From assembly GCA_047495785.1 (NCBI GenBank), contig JBLDXI010000024.1:992001-1056000 (forward strand): 64,000 nt of DNA. The letters run 5' to 3'. Both the position numbers and the translations under genes were made by a program. Positions 10,528 through 24,272 of this stretch are shown here, one piece after another. Within the stretch, counting starts at the first letter, position 1, and each line of letters opens with the position of its first letter. The notes below the pieces were generated by a model that was not told the DNA's origin, searched no databases, and worked only from the letters and a program-made list of their open reading frames with translations. The stretch comes from Lepidodermella squamata (taxonomy: Eukaryota > Animalia > Gastrotricha).

Positions 10528-13500
10528 TTAGCTACCACCATCAACCTGGCTACCGGACGAAGCTAACGAGGCAAGAATGTCCGACACGTCCTTCTGGTCG
10601 TTGTCCCGCGTATCGTTGGCCACTTCCATCGGCTGGTCGGTTTCACGCATCAGCGCCGAAATATCTTCATCGGCGGCCGCCGCGTTTCGTTCGAAAATTT
10701 GATTCAAATCCGCCGGGTTCATCGCCGCAACATGCTGAGCTAGATCTTGCTCGGTAAGAGTCACCTCCTCGAGGCCCAAATCGTCAGCTTCGACCGGTTC
10801 TTCAATAATTTTTTCCTTAGCAGCGACCGGTTTCGCATCAGGCTTAGCGCATCGATAACAGAAGAACCGCTCGTCCTCAGAGAAAACCCGGTCGCCCAGG
10901 CCGAGGCATTCGCAGTGGTACCAAAGTTGGCACTTGTCACACTGGACCCAGTTGACGTCGTCCCCGGCCGGTTTCATGCATTTATCGGCTGAGCAGTCTT
11001 CATCAGACCATTCACGAGCACTGTTCGAATTGTCAGCCTCATCAGCACTCGACGCGCCTTTTTTACTATGTTTCGCTGCCGCGCCTTTAGCTGACCCGCT
11101 TGAAGCGGTTGAGGAAACGCGCCGGCGATGCGAGACGGGTTGGACTGGTTTCTTCGAACCGCCAGATTTTGCTGCGGCGGCAGTTGCCGTGGTTGATTTA
11201 GTAGAGGTAGTCGGCGCCTTAGAACCCGTTTTCTTACCCGGGTGAGTTTCAAGTTTCGCCAGGGTAGCCTCTTCCGCGCGACGTTTTCGCGACGCCTTCG
11301 CTAGGGCTTGCATCAGCATCTGAACGCCACTGGAAGCTGGTCTCGAGCCACTGAGAGCCGATGATGCACTTTTAACCGGCGAGACTGATTTTCGCTGCGC
11401 TAACGTCGCCGCAGCCGCCTTAACCACGCTCTTTGATTTCGAGGCGGAATTAGGGGCTGGTGGCCGAGCTTTTTCAGCTGGTAACGATTTTTTCGGGAGA
11501 GCGTGTTCGTGAAGCGTCAGCATCATCTGCTCGGTTGCTTCATCCGGGGTCGGCGGTCGAACTGGAGGCCGAGCGACGTTGAGAATCGCCCATAGCGTGC
11601 TAATTTCGTCGAGCGTGACTTCAATCAGTTCGCCTTCGACGTATAACCGTTCGAGATTAGCGAGTACGTAGTCGCCGTCATCTGACATCAAAGTCAGTGC
11701 GTTGACTGAATCGCGAAATTGCGTAGAATCGGCGCCGTGTTTCAACGCCGCGACTGCAGCTGATAGTTGAGCTGTACTCGACAAGTACTTGCGGACCCTT
11801 TGCTGCCATGCGATCACTCGCTCAGCCAGAAATTGGAGGGCGTCACCTTAAAATTTTTGAAATTTCAAATTATTATAAAATTGACATAATAATATGAAAC
11901 ACTAAAGCAACCAACAGCCCTAACTCGATTGTTATCGCGCAAATGGGGCGGGCTAACAAATCAGATTCTGCTCAAATTTTAAACGTGGGACATTTTCTCG
12001 AGCTTTCGAGCGGGCTTAGAAAATGAAAATTGACTCAAATTCCAGTGCAATTATTGGAGCGAGAATTTTCGACACTGCGCCATTAAATCACGCGAATTCC
12101 CGTTATACATAGTAACTGCAGCAACTCGAGCATGTTTCCGCTCTGGACAATCAGGGACAATAAGTATTTCTCAATTTTCAACTCATGTTCAACGAGGCAT
12201 AAACACGCCATTTATTTCGGGGATGGGGTTTCGGAAATCACATAGACGGTGAATGCGTTATGCGAAGAGGCAATGCGCCTTAAAAGTATATTTAGTTTAT
12301 TTGAAAAGAAAGAGCCTCGGATTCCAATTTTTTGTTAATTTCTGTATTAGTTATGTTTTTAGGTTTTTGGTACATCTTTCGATTGGCTGATTTTTTTTAC
12401 AGTTTTTGCCATAAAAACAGCCGATAACCGAGAAATTTTTGTAAATAATTACTTACCCTCGTGAATACGAAGTGATATCCTTTGAAGTGAAAGTAGAAGA
12501 GCCAACACGTTGTCCACCCTAGGCCGTTTTGACCGACAGCAAGACGGGCACAGAAACTTGAGCAAGAAAGCTGGCGTATGGCCGGAACCTCCGCTTTCCT
12601 TATGCCCAGGTGCCGGGGGTTTCGGACCAGGAACACAAGTAGGGTGGAACCACTCTTTGCACAGGGCACAGACATTCATGTTAGTCGTAGGGCCCTTCCG
12701 GCAAATGCAAACTTGAATCGGGGCTTTATCGCCATGGACCGGCACGTTCGATTCCTGAGGAACAGTTGAGTCGGAACTCAACGTCGGTTGAGGATCAGAA
12801 TCAGAGGTGAAATGGCTTTTACGGCGCAATTTTTCCACATTTGCAATTCGAAGCTCGATAATAGCCTCAACTTCAAGCTTCGCAGCTTCGTTATAACGAG
12901 CGAATAATTCGCTGGACGAACAGCTATCATCCGTAAAATCGATCTTCGGCACAACTGTAACGATCAAGCTTTCCAGTTTTTTCGTGCCTGATAACCCGCC
13001 AAGAGAAGTTCGCGATTTGCGAGGACTGCCGGCCAGCATTAGCGCAGAACTAGCGCCTTTTTCGTTAGAAATGACGCCAATATCAGTTCGAGGAGCGAGA
13101 ATGTCAATCAATCTGCAGGTTGTCTGGCCTTTGACGATAAACACCCGATTCGCTTTTTCGAGAAATTGCGCAGCTAACGTGACCTGGCTTTCGGTTTTAT
13201 CCAGCGCGTCCAGCTTAAAAGGCAGCGTTTTCGCAACCTCAACAACGTGAAGCGCCTCAAGATACGGCGGGAAGGTCGAGCCGTTAGGATTAGGAGCTGA
13301 GTGTAGTTTTTCGAGTTTTTCAGCCCAAGTCCCGGCTCGTTTAACAGCAGTTTTGAGTTCCTCGAGGGCTGGAACGTGTAAAACAGCAACAGCCGATCCC
13401 CGCATGATCAAATCACCAGCGTCGGCTAACGGCCTTTTCGGGCTCGCTGCGAGTAGTGCTTTACATTCCCGCTCGAGGTGTTCGCCAAACGACGCCAAAT

Positions 13501-16500
13501 CTTGCAAATGGCGAATAGCGGCCGACATTTCGGCGTTTGGAATTATTTTTCGGCACGAATTCAGCAGTTTTTCGACTGTATCGAGTGACACTGTTTCAAT
13601 GTCACTTTCTTCATCAGTTTCAGAATTTTCTGGCTTTTCGGTTTTGTTCAAATAGTCTTTAAACTCCTCCTTATACTGATTGAGCCAATCAACTCGTTCG
13701 ACAACTGTCAACAATTTCGCAACTCCCGGCAATTGAAGGTCGTAGTTCTCCACAAAAGCCTGCAATCGCTCGAGATCAGCTGGTGACGGGTCAGGGTCAG
13801 CCATCAAGAGATCAACTTCGGTAAGAAAACGAGACGCGGCCGTCGCTAACCGATTGACTTCGTCAATACCAGGCACGTGGAACGGCAATGCACTGTACTG
13901 TTCCGCGAAATTCTTCAACTCTTCAACCGTAACTTTCGGTTTCGAGCTATTCGTGGTAGTATGCCGGGTTTTTGCTCGGTTGACTTGCTGCAAGAGCTGG
14001 TGAACCACCCGGGTAGCCTTCTCGGCATCACTGATGATTTTACGCAGCGCCCTGTATAATTCGTGGTTTTCAGGGAAACGCTTGTCCTTCGCTTCTTTTT
14101 CCAGCTGCCGTAACTCCGGGAGGTCAACCTTACCGAGGGAGCTTGCCGAAACCGGAGCCAACGCCGCGGTTGTACGGTCAAGCCATGAATTGAATATTTC
14201 AGCGCGATTCTGAACGCCTTCGATAAAAGCTTGAAGTTCTTCGAAAGTATAGCGATAATGAAGTGTTCGCTTCGAATTGTCGCACGAACATGACAACGAT
14301 TCGAAATGCCGGACACAAACCATCGAATCAGGGTTACACTCGCAAGAAACACTCGAGAGAAATAGCATAGTTTTGCAGGCATTGCATTGCCGCTCGTCCT
14401 CAGGTATAACCTCAAAAAATTCGCTGAAAAAATAAACTCAAATGAAATAATAGAATAAAATATCTCAAAGCTACCGAGCAGATTCAGTGACGCCAGCCTC
14501 GAACACCGTTTTCCGAAAATTGCGCTCATCTTCGACCATTTTGCGTATTTCGCTCACAGCTTTCGAAGCTAGATCAATATCCAACAGTCCGGGATTCGCA
14601 CCCATCTTGCAGAGAAGTTCTTCTTGGCTGAAAACGCAGTGGCGACGAGTATTTCGATACTCATCGATACAAGCCCTGCCGAATGGCAGCCAGTCCGGCA
14701 GGCAGAAATTCACAGCTTCGGCGAAATTATAGCCGTTGTTGAACCCTGCATGGTACGCCCTGGGAAAAGTGACAATGAACTCGCCAACTTCCTGGTCGCA
14801 TCGGAAAACTTGAACACCGTGCTTTTGAAGCACAGTCGGGCTTATAATTGTCGTTAATTGATGCATCAAATCAGGAGATTGCTCGAAAAGTTCCGGGGCC
14901 TTGGATCGCATTACATCCTGAAGTTTGTCTGCATCCGAGCTTGGGACACCGTACCACGTTTTAGGATCGCCCCAGTGTAGGTAATTTATCGAATACGTGT
15001 AATGGTCCTCGACATGCCAACAGAAGCAAGAGAAACACATCCCAACGTAGCACCATGGAACTTTCATTCCCGAAATCTCAGCAGTAACAAATCTTAGCAA
15101 AGAACGAGGTAGAAGAGGGAGATTGTTCAAATTCCATGGTGAGTCGGCGTAATGCTCTTCGCCGGGGAACAATTGCTTATTGTCCCCGACTGGGAATCCA
15201 CTGCCCATGTCTAGCACATGCACATCAGCTCCATATTCGACTTGAACTTGTTCGTGAATCGACTTGGTAAGACGCCAAAACTCGCGTTCGACATGCTCTT
15301 TTTTAATTTCGTGCAAAGGCAGACGAAAGAAGTTTGTTTTGAATCCGTCAGCCATTTCGCCGAAAGAGCGTAAAGTGTATTGCTTTGAAGACTGAACGAA
15401 ACCGTAAGGATCCAACGGCTTGCTCAACTCTTTGGAAACGCATTTCGGGCAGCACCAATCACCACGTGGAACGTCCGGCAACGGAGGCATCAAGCAAAAC
15501 GTGTGATACGCATTGTCACAAGTGTCGCAAAGCAGCAGTTTGTCTTCGCCGTCACCCCGTTTACAGTTTGCGCAAGTTATCAACTCTGGTGGCAAAGGGG
15601 CTGCTTTCAAAGTATTCTGCACCGGCTTTTCTGGTTCTACATCTGCAACAACTGATACAACATCTTGCTTGTTTGGTGCCCCGGGCGTTTTTCGGGCAGT
15701 CATTCTCGATTTCTGCGCCGACGCCTCCTGAGGCTCAGATTTGGTCGGTGACGAAGGTGTGGATGGCGATTTCGCCCCTCCAGTTAAATTTTTCATTTCT
15801 CGGGAGCCAAATTTTTTCGAATCATTGGGTGACATAGGTTTATCATTCGCCGAACCTATTTCGGGAGAATTCAAATTGCTGCTATTACCGCTTTTGTTGG
15901 CTGCCTCTTCGGCATCTGATTGCGCGCGGCGCATGTATCTCGCCGATCTCTTCGACTTGGTATCTTTCCCATTCTCAACACCGTTTTCATCGTAAACGCC
16001 AGATTTGAAAACGTCAAATGGGTACAAGATTTTTTCGTAGTGCAATTTATAAACAGCACTAGATGACTGAGCTTGTTCTGCAGTGGAACCCATGCGCATG
16101 GCGACACGCTTCCATCGGCCGCGTTCGGAGCAGCATTTTTCGAAGCCGCCTTCCAATGCAACAACCCGGTGCAATTTATAAAGATCCAGGTATTTCCGAT
16201 CGACAACAGGAATCTTCAATATACTTCCTTGTAGCTCAGAGAACTTGGCTACGCTATTCAGGAAGTTCAGCTTGATCCTAGTAGTAGCCTAAAACAATAC
16301 CTATTTGAAAAATTAAATGTATTCAGGGCAATATTTACCTCCAATTCGTTAACACGTTGAACTCGAGGAACAAATCGGAAGTCCCTAGTATTCGCCGCAA
16401 ACGGAGGTTTCCAACTCTAGAATAATCGAATCAATCATCAACAAAAATAACATGTCATGGATCTCACCTTGGGCGGAACAATTTTAGCGATGCCATACTT

Positions 16501-16659
16501 TTCAGCAATTGGTTGAATGGAAGCAATGTACGCTAAAGGATCCTTGCCAAATTCTTCTTCTGTTGGCCGAAATACAACAGTCTCTGGGGGGCGGACGAAT
16601 TGAACATCATCATCCGGATCATCCACGGACATCCGAATATCGTCTGAAGTATTCGTCAT
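10528..16659 (-). CDS. KDM5: Histone H3K4 demethylase KDM5/JARID1/lid, about 1789 aa; exons 16659-16468, 16416-16339, 16288-14475, 14423-12457, 11846-10528
   Basis: JmjN (VFRPTEEEF...YGIAKIVPP), ARID, PHD1, JmjC with intact FCWHVEDH and AYHAGFN, C5HC2 finger, PLU-1 region, PHD2 and C-terminal PHD3 ([15 protein letters not shown]). Exon lengths sum to a multiple of 3. Confidence 0.97.
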
Positions 16660-17312
16660 TGCGTGTTCATCAAAGCTAAATCGTCATACTATGTAAAGAA
16701 TCACGTATAGTAATATCACTTCAGGGAGAGTAATGACCTAGAAAACTGTAAGAGGTCCCAAAATATGCAGGTTGAGGCTTTGCGACACAGAGACTCAGCT
16801 GAAACCGCATCGTTTTGCCAAAAGGTCATTTAAAATATGTTCAATATATTTTGACGGATAATAGTTACCGCTGATTTTTAATAAACTGATAAGAAGTTAA
16901 CAATAATCATGAATATGCCGAAATCATGATTCACCTAGAATTTAATCGACCGGCATATCTGGCCTTTAGCACCTCGATTCATCATCATCGCGCTCTGGTC
17001 GATGTTTACCCAAGAGATCAGACGACCTAACTTAGCTAGCTTTCACCTGTATCCTCTGTTCCTATAGTAGTCTTAACCATAGGAACATCACGTCATCTAT
17101 TATCGAGCTTTATGCACATTATAAAGTCACTAATTCCTAGATCCCTTTCTTGTGATTTGTTCCAACCCAAGCATCTAGCTTTCACCAATGTTGGTAGTAT
17201 TTAGCCCTTCTGAGGTCTGAGGTCGTAATACCCTTCAACACAGATTTTTGGGCTCTCTTCACTTCTCAAAGCTCTATTAATGTTAATGATTGCTTAGAAT
17301 ATCGCTCTTAAC

Positions 17313-17903
17313 ATGAGTTATCCCACTACGAATGCCGCGGTGACAGTACCAGCGCCTGCAGCGCAGCCGACTTACTTCGGACCAGAAGGAGGCGTCGGCC
17401 CAAAGGCAGCTTATGTTCGGACGCTGAATGGCCTGCTGAAAATTGCAGAATTTGTCTTGGCTGTGGTAGTCATAATTTGCGCCGCTTGTTTCAATCTCGC
17501 CGTTCCAAACAACTCGGTGGCTGGCTACATTTCGTTTGTTTCTTCGGCACAGTGCTTTTTTACAATCGTCCTGTTCATGCTGTTTTTCTTCAACGTTATC
17601 TATCGTATTCCACATCACCCATTGATTATTCTCATCTATTATGGTGTGATGCTGGTTTTCATTCTGGTTGGCGCGATAATTTGCGCAGTTTATGGCGGCT
17701 CTTATCCTGCTAGTGGGGCAGCCGCTTTCTTCCTCTTTGTTGATCTGGTCGTCTGTGGTCTCGATGCCTTTATGTGTTTGCGTTATTGGCGAAGTGGAGA
17801 TATATCTCTTGGCCATAGAGTCATTTTTGGCCCACCAGCCCCGGAGCCTGCTGCCACACCTGCTGCTACTCAATATCCTGGCGGTGGTGCTCCCCATTAT
17901 TAG
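17313..17903 (+). CDS. MARVEL-domain four-TM protein (CMTM/plasmolipin-like)
   Basis: YVRTLNGLLKIAEFVL is the typical MARVEL start; four hydrophobic helices; AAAFF in TM4; proline-rich tails. Confidence 0.88.
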   Translation: MSYPTTNAAVTVPAPAAQPTYFGPEGGVGPKAAYVRTLNGLLKIAEFVLAVVVIICAACFNLAVPNNSVAGYISFVSSAQCFFTIVLFMLFFFNVIYRIPHHPLIILIYYGVMLVFILVGAIICAVYGGSYPASGAAAFFLFVDLVVCGLDAFMCLRYWRSGDISLGHRVIFGPPAPEPAATPAATQYPGGGAPHY

Positions 17904-18574
17904 TTGTGCATATATCTTGTTGGCTGCTTCTCCTTTTTTCGAGTCTCCAATCTATTTATCATAGACTGCGATATTGCCTCTATGAGCAATTTATTAACTA
18001 TATGCTGATGACCCGAATTCCACGAGTCCTTTTTGTATTATGTTTCTTTTGATTTTAATTCAATGCAACCTGATGCTGAACGTTAACTCTTCGAAAGTGC
18101 CATCACAAACGATGCATAATAATAATACTAATAATGATATAAAATTTATTTCTTTGAGACGAATCTTGTCTAGCATGTTTACATATTTTTTTGTTTGGGT
18201 TCTGTTGCGTGTTATAAGCATTTTTGAGCGCTTCAAAGCTTCCGGGCAGCTCTATGTTATCCAGCATTTATTCGATGGCTTACTCGCAAGGTCATCATTT
18301 ATTATACCTGCACCAACCGGTATTGAAGAGTGAAAAATGAATCAATATATGAATGAAGATTCAAATCTATCAAACGCATATTCGGTGGTGACGCTGGTGT
18401 ATTTGGACCAAGTTATACATTCTTATGAGAACCAAGCAAACATGTCATTCTTTTGTAAAAGTGAATCTGAAGCCGGCTGTCGGATAACGCTTCAAAAATT
18501 ATGCTACAATAAAGTATTCTATATTTTGCGTGAGCTAATGATATTTTTTTGTCGATTTTTAGAGATTATTAAAT

Positions 18575-20023
18575 ATGGCGTTTTCCTTCAAAATATCCTC
18601 GAGTGCTAAGCCTAAAGAGCTTAGCAAAAGTGCCATCGAAGATCGATCCGTTCTACCAACTGAGGCTGAAACTGACTACGTGTTATCAGTTGAGAAAAAT
18701 AGAATAAAAAGTACGAAACCCGAGGAGAAGAAGAAGGAAGTCATAATCCCATGTCAACGCGATGGGTTCAAAATTGCGCTCGAAGAAACTGCCAAGGGTA
18801 AAGACGATCTTGAAGCAGCAGCTATATCTGCAATTTTCAAAGACGCCGATTCGTTCGCCGGCAGAGCGGAAGTTGAGGAAGCGGCAAAAACTGTTGTCAT
18901 ACCAGCCGTGGAAACAGGAGATTTAATCGACGATGACAACAAAATTGCGAGACAAGTAACCGTCGGCGATGCTGCTGACTACGAGGCGGTTTCCATCGAT
19001 GATTTCGGAATGGCTATGCTTCGCGGCATGGGTTTCAAAGAGACTGAAGGTATTGGCAAAACGAACAAGGTTGCTGTGAAACCTATCGAGGTCGTCGTCA
19101 GACCGAAGGGTCAAGGTCTGGGCGCAGGAGCTTCTCGAGCTAAAAAAGCTGCAGCGTCTAGTAATTCTTCAAATAACGAACGCGACGACGATTGTTATGA
19201 GGAAATCGAGCTACGAGCTGGAGCGAAATGCATGATTCTTGCTGGTCCTCACAAAGAAAAGTACGCAACTGTTGATGGTATCGATGCTGAAAATAGCCGA
19301 GTTTTCCTGCGACTTGCTATCGGCGATAAAGTTCTCTCTCTCCCCGAATCCAATGTGAAAGCTGTGTCGGACCGTGAATTCCAAAAATACTCTCGATATC
19401 TTAGTATGTCAATGTTTTGTCCAATTTATCAATAATTCAATTCGTTTATTTTTCTAGATAAAGCATCTGCCGACCAGGCGAGACAAGAGACTGAGAAAAA
19501 GTTGATGGAAATGCGAACTCGAAGCCCTGAACCTGATCGAGATGAAAAGAAAAGCAAGAAACATAGAAACAGGTCTCGATCTCGGTCTCGTTCATCGGAT
19601 CGAAAACGGCATCACGAAAAGAGCAAACATCGTGATAAAGAAAAGGGATCATCGTCTCGTAGTGAAGAACAGCCCCGTTGGTTACACCCGCATCTATCTG
19701 TCGTGGTAAAATCCGGTAAATATGCAGATCAACGAGGCTCTATCACCGATGTTTTAACCCCCACGAGTTGCACAATCCGTCTTCAGAGTGGCAAAAGTTT
19801 ATACGAAATCAGCTCAAGTGACTTGATACCAGTTCAACCCAGACGTGTTGGCGATGCTTGTATGGCCCTGCTTGGCCAGAACCGACGGCTGGTCGGCGAA
19901 ATCATTGAGCTTACAGCGGACGGGAAGTACGCTGCTATTCAGTCAGCTGCGGATCAGATGGTAGTAGTTACCGAAAAGCTCAGCAATCTCTGCGTTTACA
20001 CCGGTTCTCTAGACGTGTTTTAG
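18575..20023 (+). CDS. GPKOW: G-patch and KOW protein (Spp2/MOS2 homologue), about 464 aa; exons 18575-19403, 19458-20023
   Basis: DYEAVSIDDFGMAMLRGMG...RPKGQGLGA G-patch, KOW motifs, WLHPHLSV before the C-terminal KOW pair, and an RS-rich linker. Confidence 0.92.
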
Positions 20024-20306
20024 TCTGTTTAAATTGTTCGCTTTTTACACCAATAAAAATAATGTGATTTTGGTTTTCGAATTCAGAACGCGTTTTCTTT
20101 CTCACTGGTATCAAAATACTTTATTGGCGAGCAGTTTCAAGTATACCGACTGTGTTGATTTCACCCGATTTTGTGTTTTCAAAGCAGACAAACGAAAATT
20201 AATATTCATATCAGCTGATTGGGAGGAGAAAGAGGAGAAGCAGGATTGAGAGAAGAACCAAAAAATACACTGCTATCCGGGTAGGTTTTCGATTGATGAT
20301 TGCGGG

Positions 20307-21009
20307 TCATCGGTGAGCATCTCGCGCAGAAATCCTTGTAACAACAGCATCACACAGCGTTCTCATACCAAGCTCTTTCTGATCAATGTTATAAACCTGG
20401 AATATTAAATGATTAAGGAGGACTTCAAATCGGCTCCTTATCTTACTTTGCAAACAGCGGCAGGATCTGTGTATCTGGTTAGGGTATCAAGCGGCTGAAG
20501 CTCACCGTCGATGTGAGATAACGCCCGTTCAAGGTCTGCAGAAAGTTGTTCGTATGGACCCAAGGTGACAACAAGTGCTGAGCTAGCACCTTCTTCGATG
20601 CCGAACTTGCCAAAAGCTTGAGTTATCTGGAGAAATTGAATCATTAAAATTCCAAACAACGAGACTTTTTCGATTAGCTTACTTGAGTTTGGGCGGAAAG
20701 ATTGAACAAAAATTCGGAAAATATCGTCTTGGTCGAGAACGAAATTTCATTTACAATTTCGTAAATAGTTTTTTGAGCAGCGCAATACAACTGAAATAGG
20801 TCAACAACCTGGCAAAAAAGTAAACGTGAAACAAAAATAGACAAGCTCAATTTATTTACCATGGAAGGTTTGATTAGAGCAGCGGGTATTTGAGTTATGC
20901 TTCGCTTGATTTCATCGGGATTTCTGATATTGTTGATTAGCGCCAGGCCAAAACCATATTCGGGATATAGACAACTCTTCATTATAAACTTTGTCGAGTT
21001 CAACGTCAT
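20307..21009 (-). CDS. TPRKB: EKC/KEOPS subunit TPRKB/CGI121, about 181 aa; exons 21009-20860, 20808-20683, 20626-20447, 20396-20307
   Basis: ALIKPSM|VVDLFQLYCAA, TKTIFSEFLFNLS, ITQAFGKFGI and C-terminal VYNIDQKEL...DAVVTRISARD match CGI121 motifs. Confidence 0.88.
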
Positions 21010-22058
21010 TTTAGATTGTCAACAAAAAATCTAAAATTGAATAAGAAAATTCAAGGTTTTATTGTTAGAGTACAATATACAGCGATTTAGTCAAATGTTA
21101 ACTCACGCTCAACATGATCATAACGGGCACATTAAAGCGCGAGACATTAGCTGCGCGTCTCAAAAATCACCCCCATCCTTCAGATATAACGCCACGCCAG
21201 CGCGTTACTAGCACCGGCGTAAAACGGCGTCATTCATCATTCATTCTTTTCATAACAACAAGGTAGATCAAACGCACAGCTGATACTTCTAAGCGCCAGT
21301 AATCCACTAATAACGTCGTGCAACTTCTCGGCTACGCGGTAAGAAATGTAGTAGTAGTAGTAAGCAATGTAAGTCAAAAACAACGATAAATTTATTCATG
21401 AAAAGTAACTGCAGAAAATTGCGAGCCAACTGAATTTTCAAATTTGATGTAGGCGCGGAATCCAAATTTATGGAAAATTCATTTTCATCAGAGAACGTAA
21501 TTCACAACGGGTGAAAAACGCAAGATCTTCTTACTGCTCATAGATTCACATTTCCAAATCCACGTCAAATGGAAGTTATGAATAAAAATAATTTTCATTT
21601 TTTTTCCAAAGAAACTGACAGTGCACAGATAGATAGGTAAAGTTAATTTCGAATGAATTCAAAAATAATGGGTGGCAGTCATTTTCTGGGTGAAAGTTAA
21701 TGACTAAATCTTCCACCAAATTGATTTTAGATGAATAAGGAGAGCAGCGTAAGCAAATTTTTATAGGTATTTTTTTATCTTGCAATGACGATACGATTCT
21801 ATTTGTACCGCAAGTAGCGCACAAGAGGCACGACGAACGATTTTTCCTTTAATAAGCATTCGCAAGTAGTAACTGAGATATATCAGGTAATGAGAACCTA
21901 TACCTAATTAAAGGCCTAGATAATAGTGTTATCTGTCAACACACATGTGATTGTATCAATGCTCCAGTTAATATGCGGTTTCGGCAACCAGTCAAGATAG
22001 CTCATAACCTAGGAATGCAATGACTGGATGAGTTCGAGGAGCCTTGAGCTATTGCTGC

Positions 22059-23233
22059 TCAAGCCTGAGAAGGGCAGTCTCGAGAAACGTGGCCCTTTCC
22101 TTCGCACTTGTAGCAAACGATTTCGGAGCTGCAATCTCGAGCGAGATGGCCACTTTCTCCGCACCGGTAGCAGGCGTCTGAAATTAAAATTATGATGTCT
22201 TGATAACAAAGCGTTTTTCAAATTACCCTTGTCCTTGGTGCAGTCACGGGCTAGATGACCGACGCCGCCGCAATTGAAGCAGCGACCAGCTACGCCGCCT
22301 CGGCCCCCAGCACCACCGCCGCCGCCACTGCGTCCACCTTCGCGCAGCGTCGGGCAATCCCTAGCCAAGTGTTCAGTCGATTGGCACTCATAGCAAGCCT
22401 TCTTCTGCTCCTCAGGGCAGTCGCGCTGCAAGTGCCCACCTTTGCCGCAGTTGTAGCAAGCTGAAAGATATATATATATTCAAAGTCAGGCCAAAATTCA
22501 TCTCATATAATGGATGAACTTTAAAACCAGTCCCAGTGTGTGAGTTAAAAGCGCTGAGCATTCCTGGTCGAGGAAGCGATGTTAATTAAGATTATATAAC
22601 ATGCAGGAAATTGATCAAATCGCGAGTTTGGTCTACTCTCTCAATAAATTAAAACCACCAATAAGAACGCGTACCGCTGGGATCAACGTTTCTGGTACAA
22701 TCCCTCGCGATATGACCGAAAAGGTTACAACGATAACATCGTTCAGAATCGGCATAGCATTCTCGCGAAATGTGGCCCATGCGATTACAACGGTAGCAGC
22801 GAACTGTAATTAGACAACAAACATGATCTTAGGGTAAACAGCACAACACGCTTTCGATGATTACTAAATAAAACCGGGTCGTAGTTAATTGCATCAAAGC
22901 CACACAAGAAGAACACAGAAAACTCGATAAATTGAAAAACTAACCTCCACCTCCACGGCCACCGCCGCCTCCGCCGCGCATTCCTCGGCTGGGACCAAAT
23001 ACCCTTTATTGCAAGAAAGTAATGATAATACACATTTTTGCTCTTTCTTACCTAGCACCACCGCGGCCTCGTCCGCCACCGAATCCACCGCCTCCAAATC
23101 CACCACCACCACCAGATCGGCATTCACGGCTGACACAATAAAAATACAATAAGATAAAACTTAGAAACAAAAACAAAACTAACGCGAAATGGCCCGGTTT
23201 GCCACATTTGTAGCAAGCACTGTCACTGCTCAT
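22059..23233 (-). CDS. CNBP: CNBP/Gis2-like CCHC zinc-knuckle and RGG nucleic-acid-binding protein, about 222 aa; exons 23233-23184, 23129-23052, 23003-22945, 22803-22675, 22460-22227, 22177-22059
   Basis: MSSDSACYKCGKPGHFARECR, an RGG linker, then seven more CX2CX4HX4C knuckles; all junctions in phase. Probable 5'-UTR intron at about 23577-23315. Confidence 0.92.
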
Positions 23234-23739
23234 CGTTCAAGCAATTATTTCACGTTCACTCACTCCCTTCACACCACAACCAACTCTCCGCCAACACTCA
23301 ACTCTCACTAACGACCTATGGGGAAAAGTTCGAATGATTACAACAAAAGTACAAAAAGTTCAGGCTTCGTTTTTCGTCTGGAAAGTCTAGATGAGTATTA
23401 ATTGACGGCTCTATCAGCTAAGAAATACAGACATTTAGTAGGTAGTAGCAACAGGAGGATAGCGTAGGATGGGACGTAGTATTCAGGTATTTACCGCCCA
23501 AGTGAAGTCAAGCCAAAAATAGGGACGCAACAGCAAACCACAGACGTAGAGCCAAACACGCCGAGCAATCATACAACCTTGTCGTTATTTTAATAGACTA
23601 TTTCATCAGACTATCAAAGAATTTAAACATATCGACAAATTTAAATAATCGAAAACGCAAATAAATCATGTTATTAGCTGCGGGGTTTAAAAAAATGAAA
23701 AATTCAAAAATCGTTGAATCCTGAGACCTCCGAGGCACT

Positions 23740-24060
23740 CTCGTCGCCATTCACCAACATCATGACCACAGCGCTACCACTGGAAGTACGCCATGCTGTC
23801 GTGCAAGCTCGCCCCAGGCCAACGCTCGTTTGCAACCAAGGTTATCCAGTAGTGGAGTCAGCTCCCAGTGAAGAGCGGACTGCCTGCTTCTTCAAAGGCG
23901 GTTAGCCACGCTGGATTCCCTGCGCGAACAGGCTAGACACGCCTAAAGAAGGAGCACTTCAGCACCAGGTCGCGAACAAGTCGCTTTCGTCTTCAGGCTA
24001 CGACGGCGTTCAAAGGCTTCGTCAAAGCCACCCTGGAACACATGCCTGGGCCATGAAGAA
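23740..24060 (+). mobile_element. Possible decayed 3' fragment of a CR1/L2-type LINE
   Basis: One frame reads YHWKYAMLSCKLAPGQRSFATKVIQ*WSQLP...TTAFKGFV, resembling the GHxxKL...FxxRVVxxWNxLP...FK end of these ORF2s. Stops occur in all frames. Confidence 0.3.
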
Positions 24061-24272
24061 ACAGTTAGCAATGGCTGGAGTACCAGGGGTAGGGACGTAG
24101 CAAGTAGCTAGTGAAGCAGAAGGAACTTTTCTGGAGCGTCAGCTCACGATTTTCTCACTAGCGACAGCTTGAGTCCGTCCGGGCGAGGAAAAATCGTTAA
24201 TGAAGCAGACCCTGATCCTGAAAATCGACTAGCCCTCCAATTCGGATGTCAATAAACTCGTCCTTTGGATTA

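Noticed and set aside
10488-16275. Many 60-200 aa ORFs overlapping KDM5
   Set aside because: Alternative-frame or antisense shadows of a well-supported gene.
22461-22674. Possible snoRNA in a CNBP intron (CTGA near the 3' end and a small hairpin)
   Set aside because: No convincing C box or H/ACA structure on the host strand; an Infernal/Rfam search would be needed.
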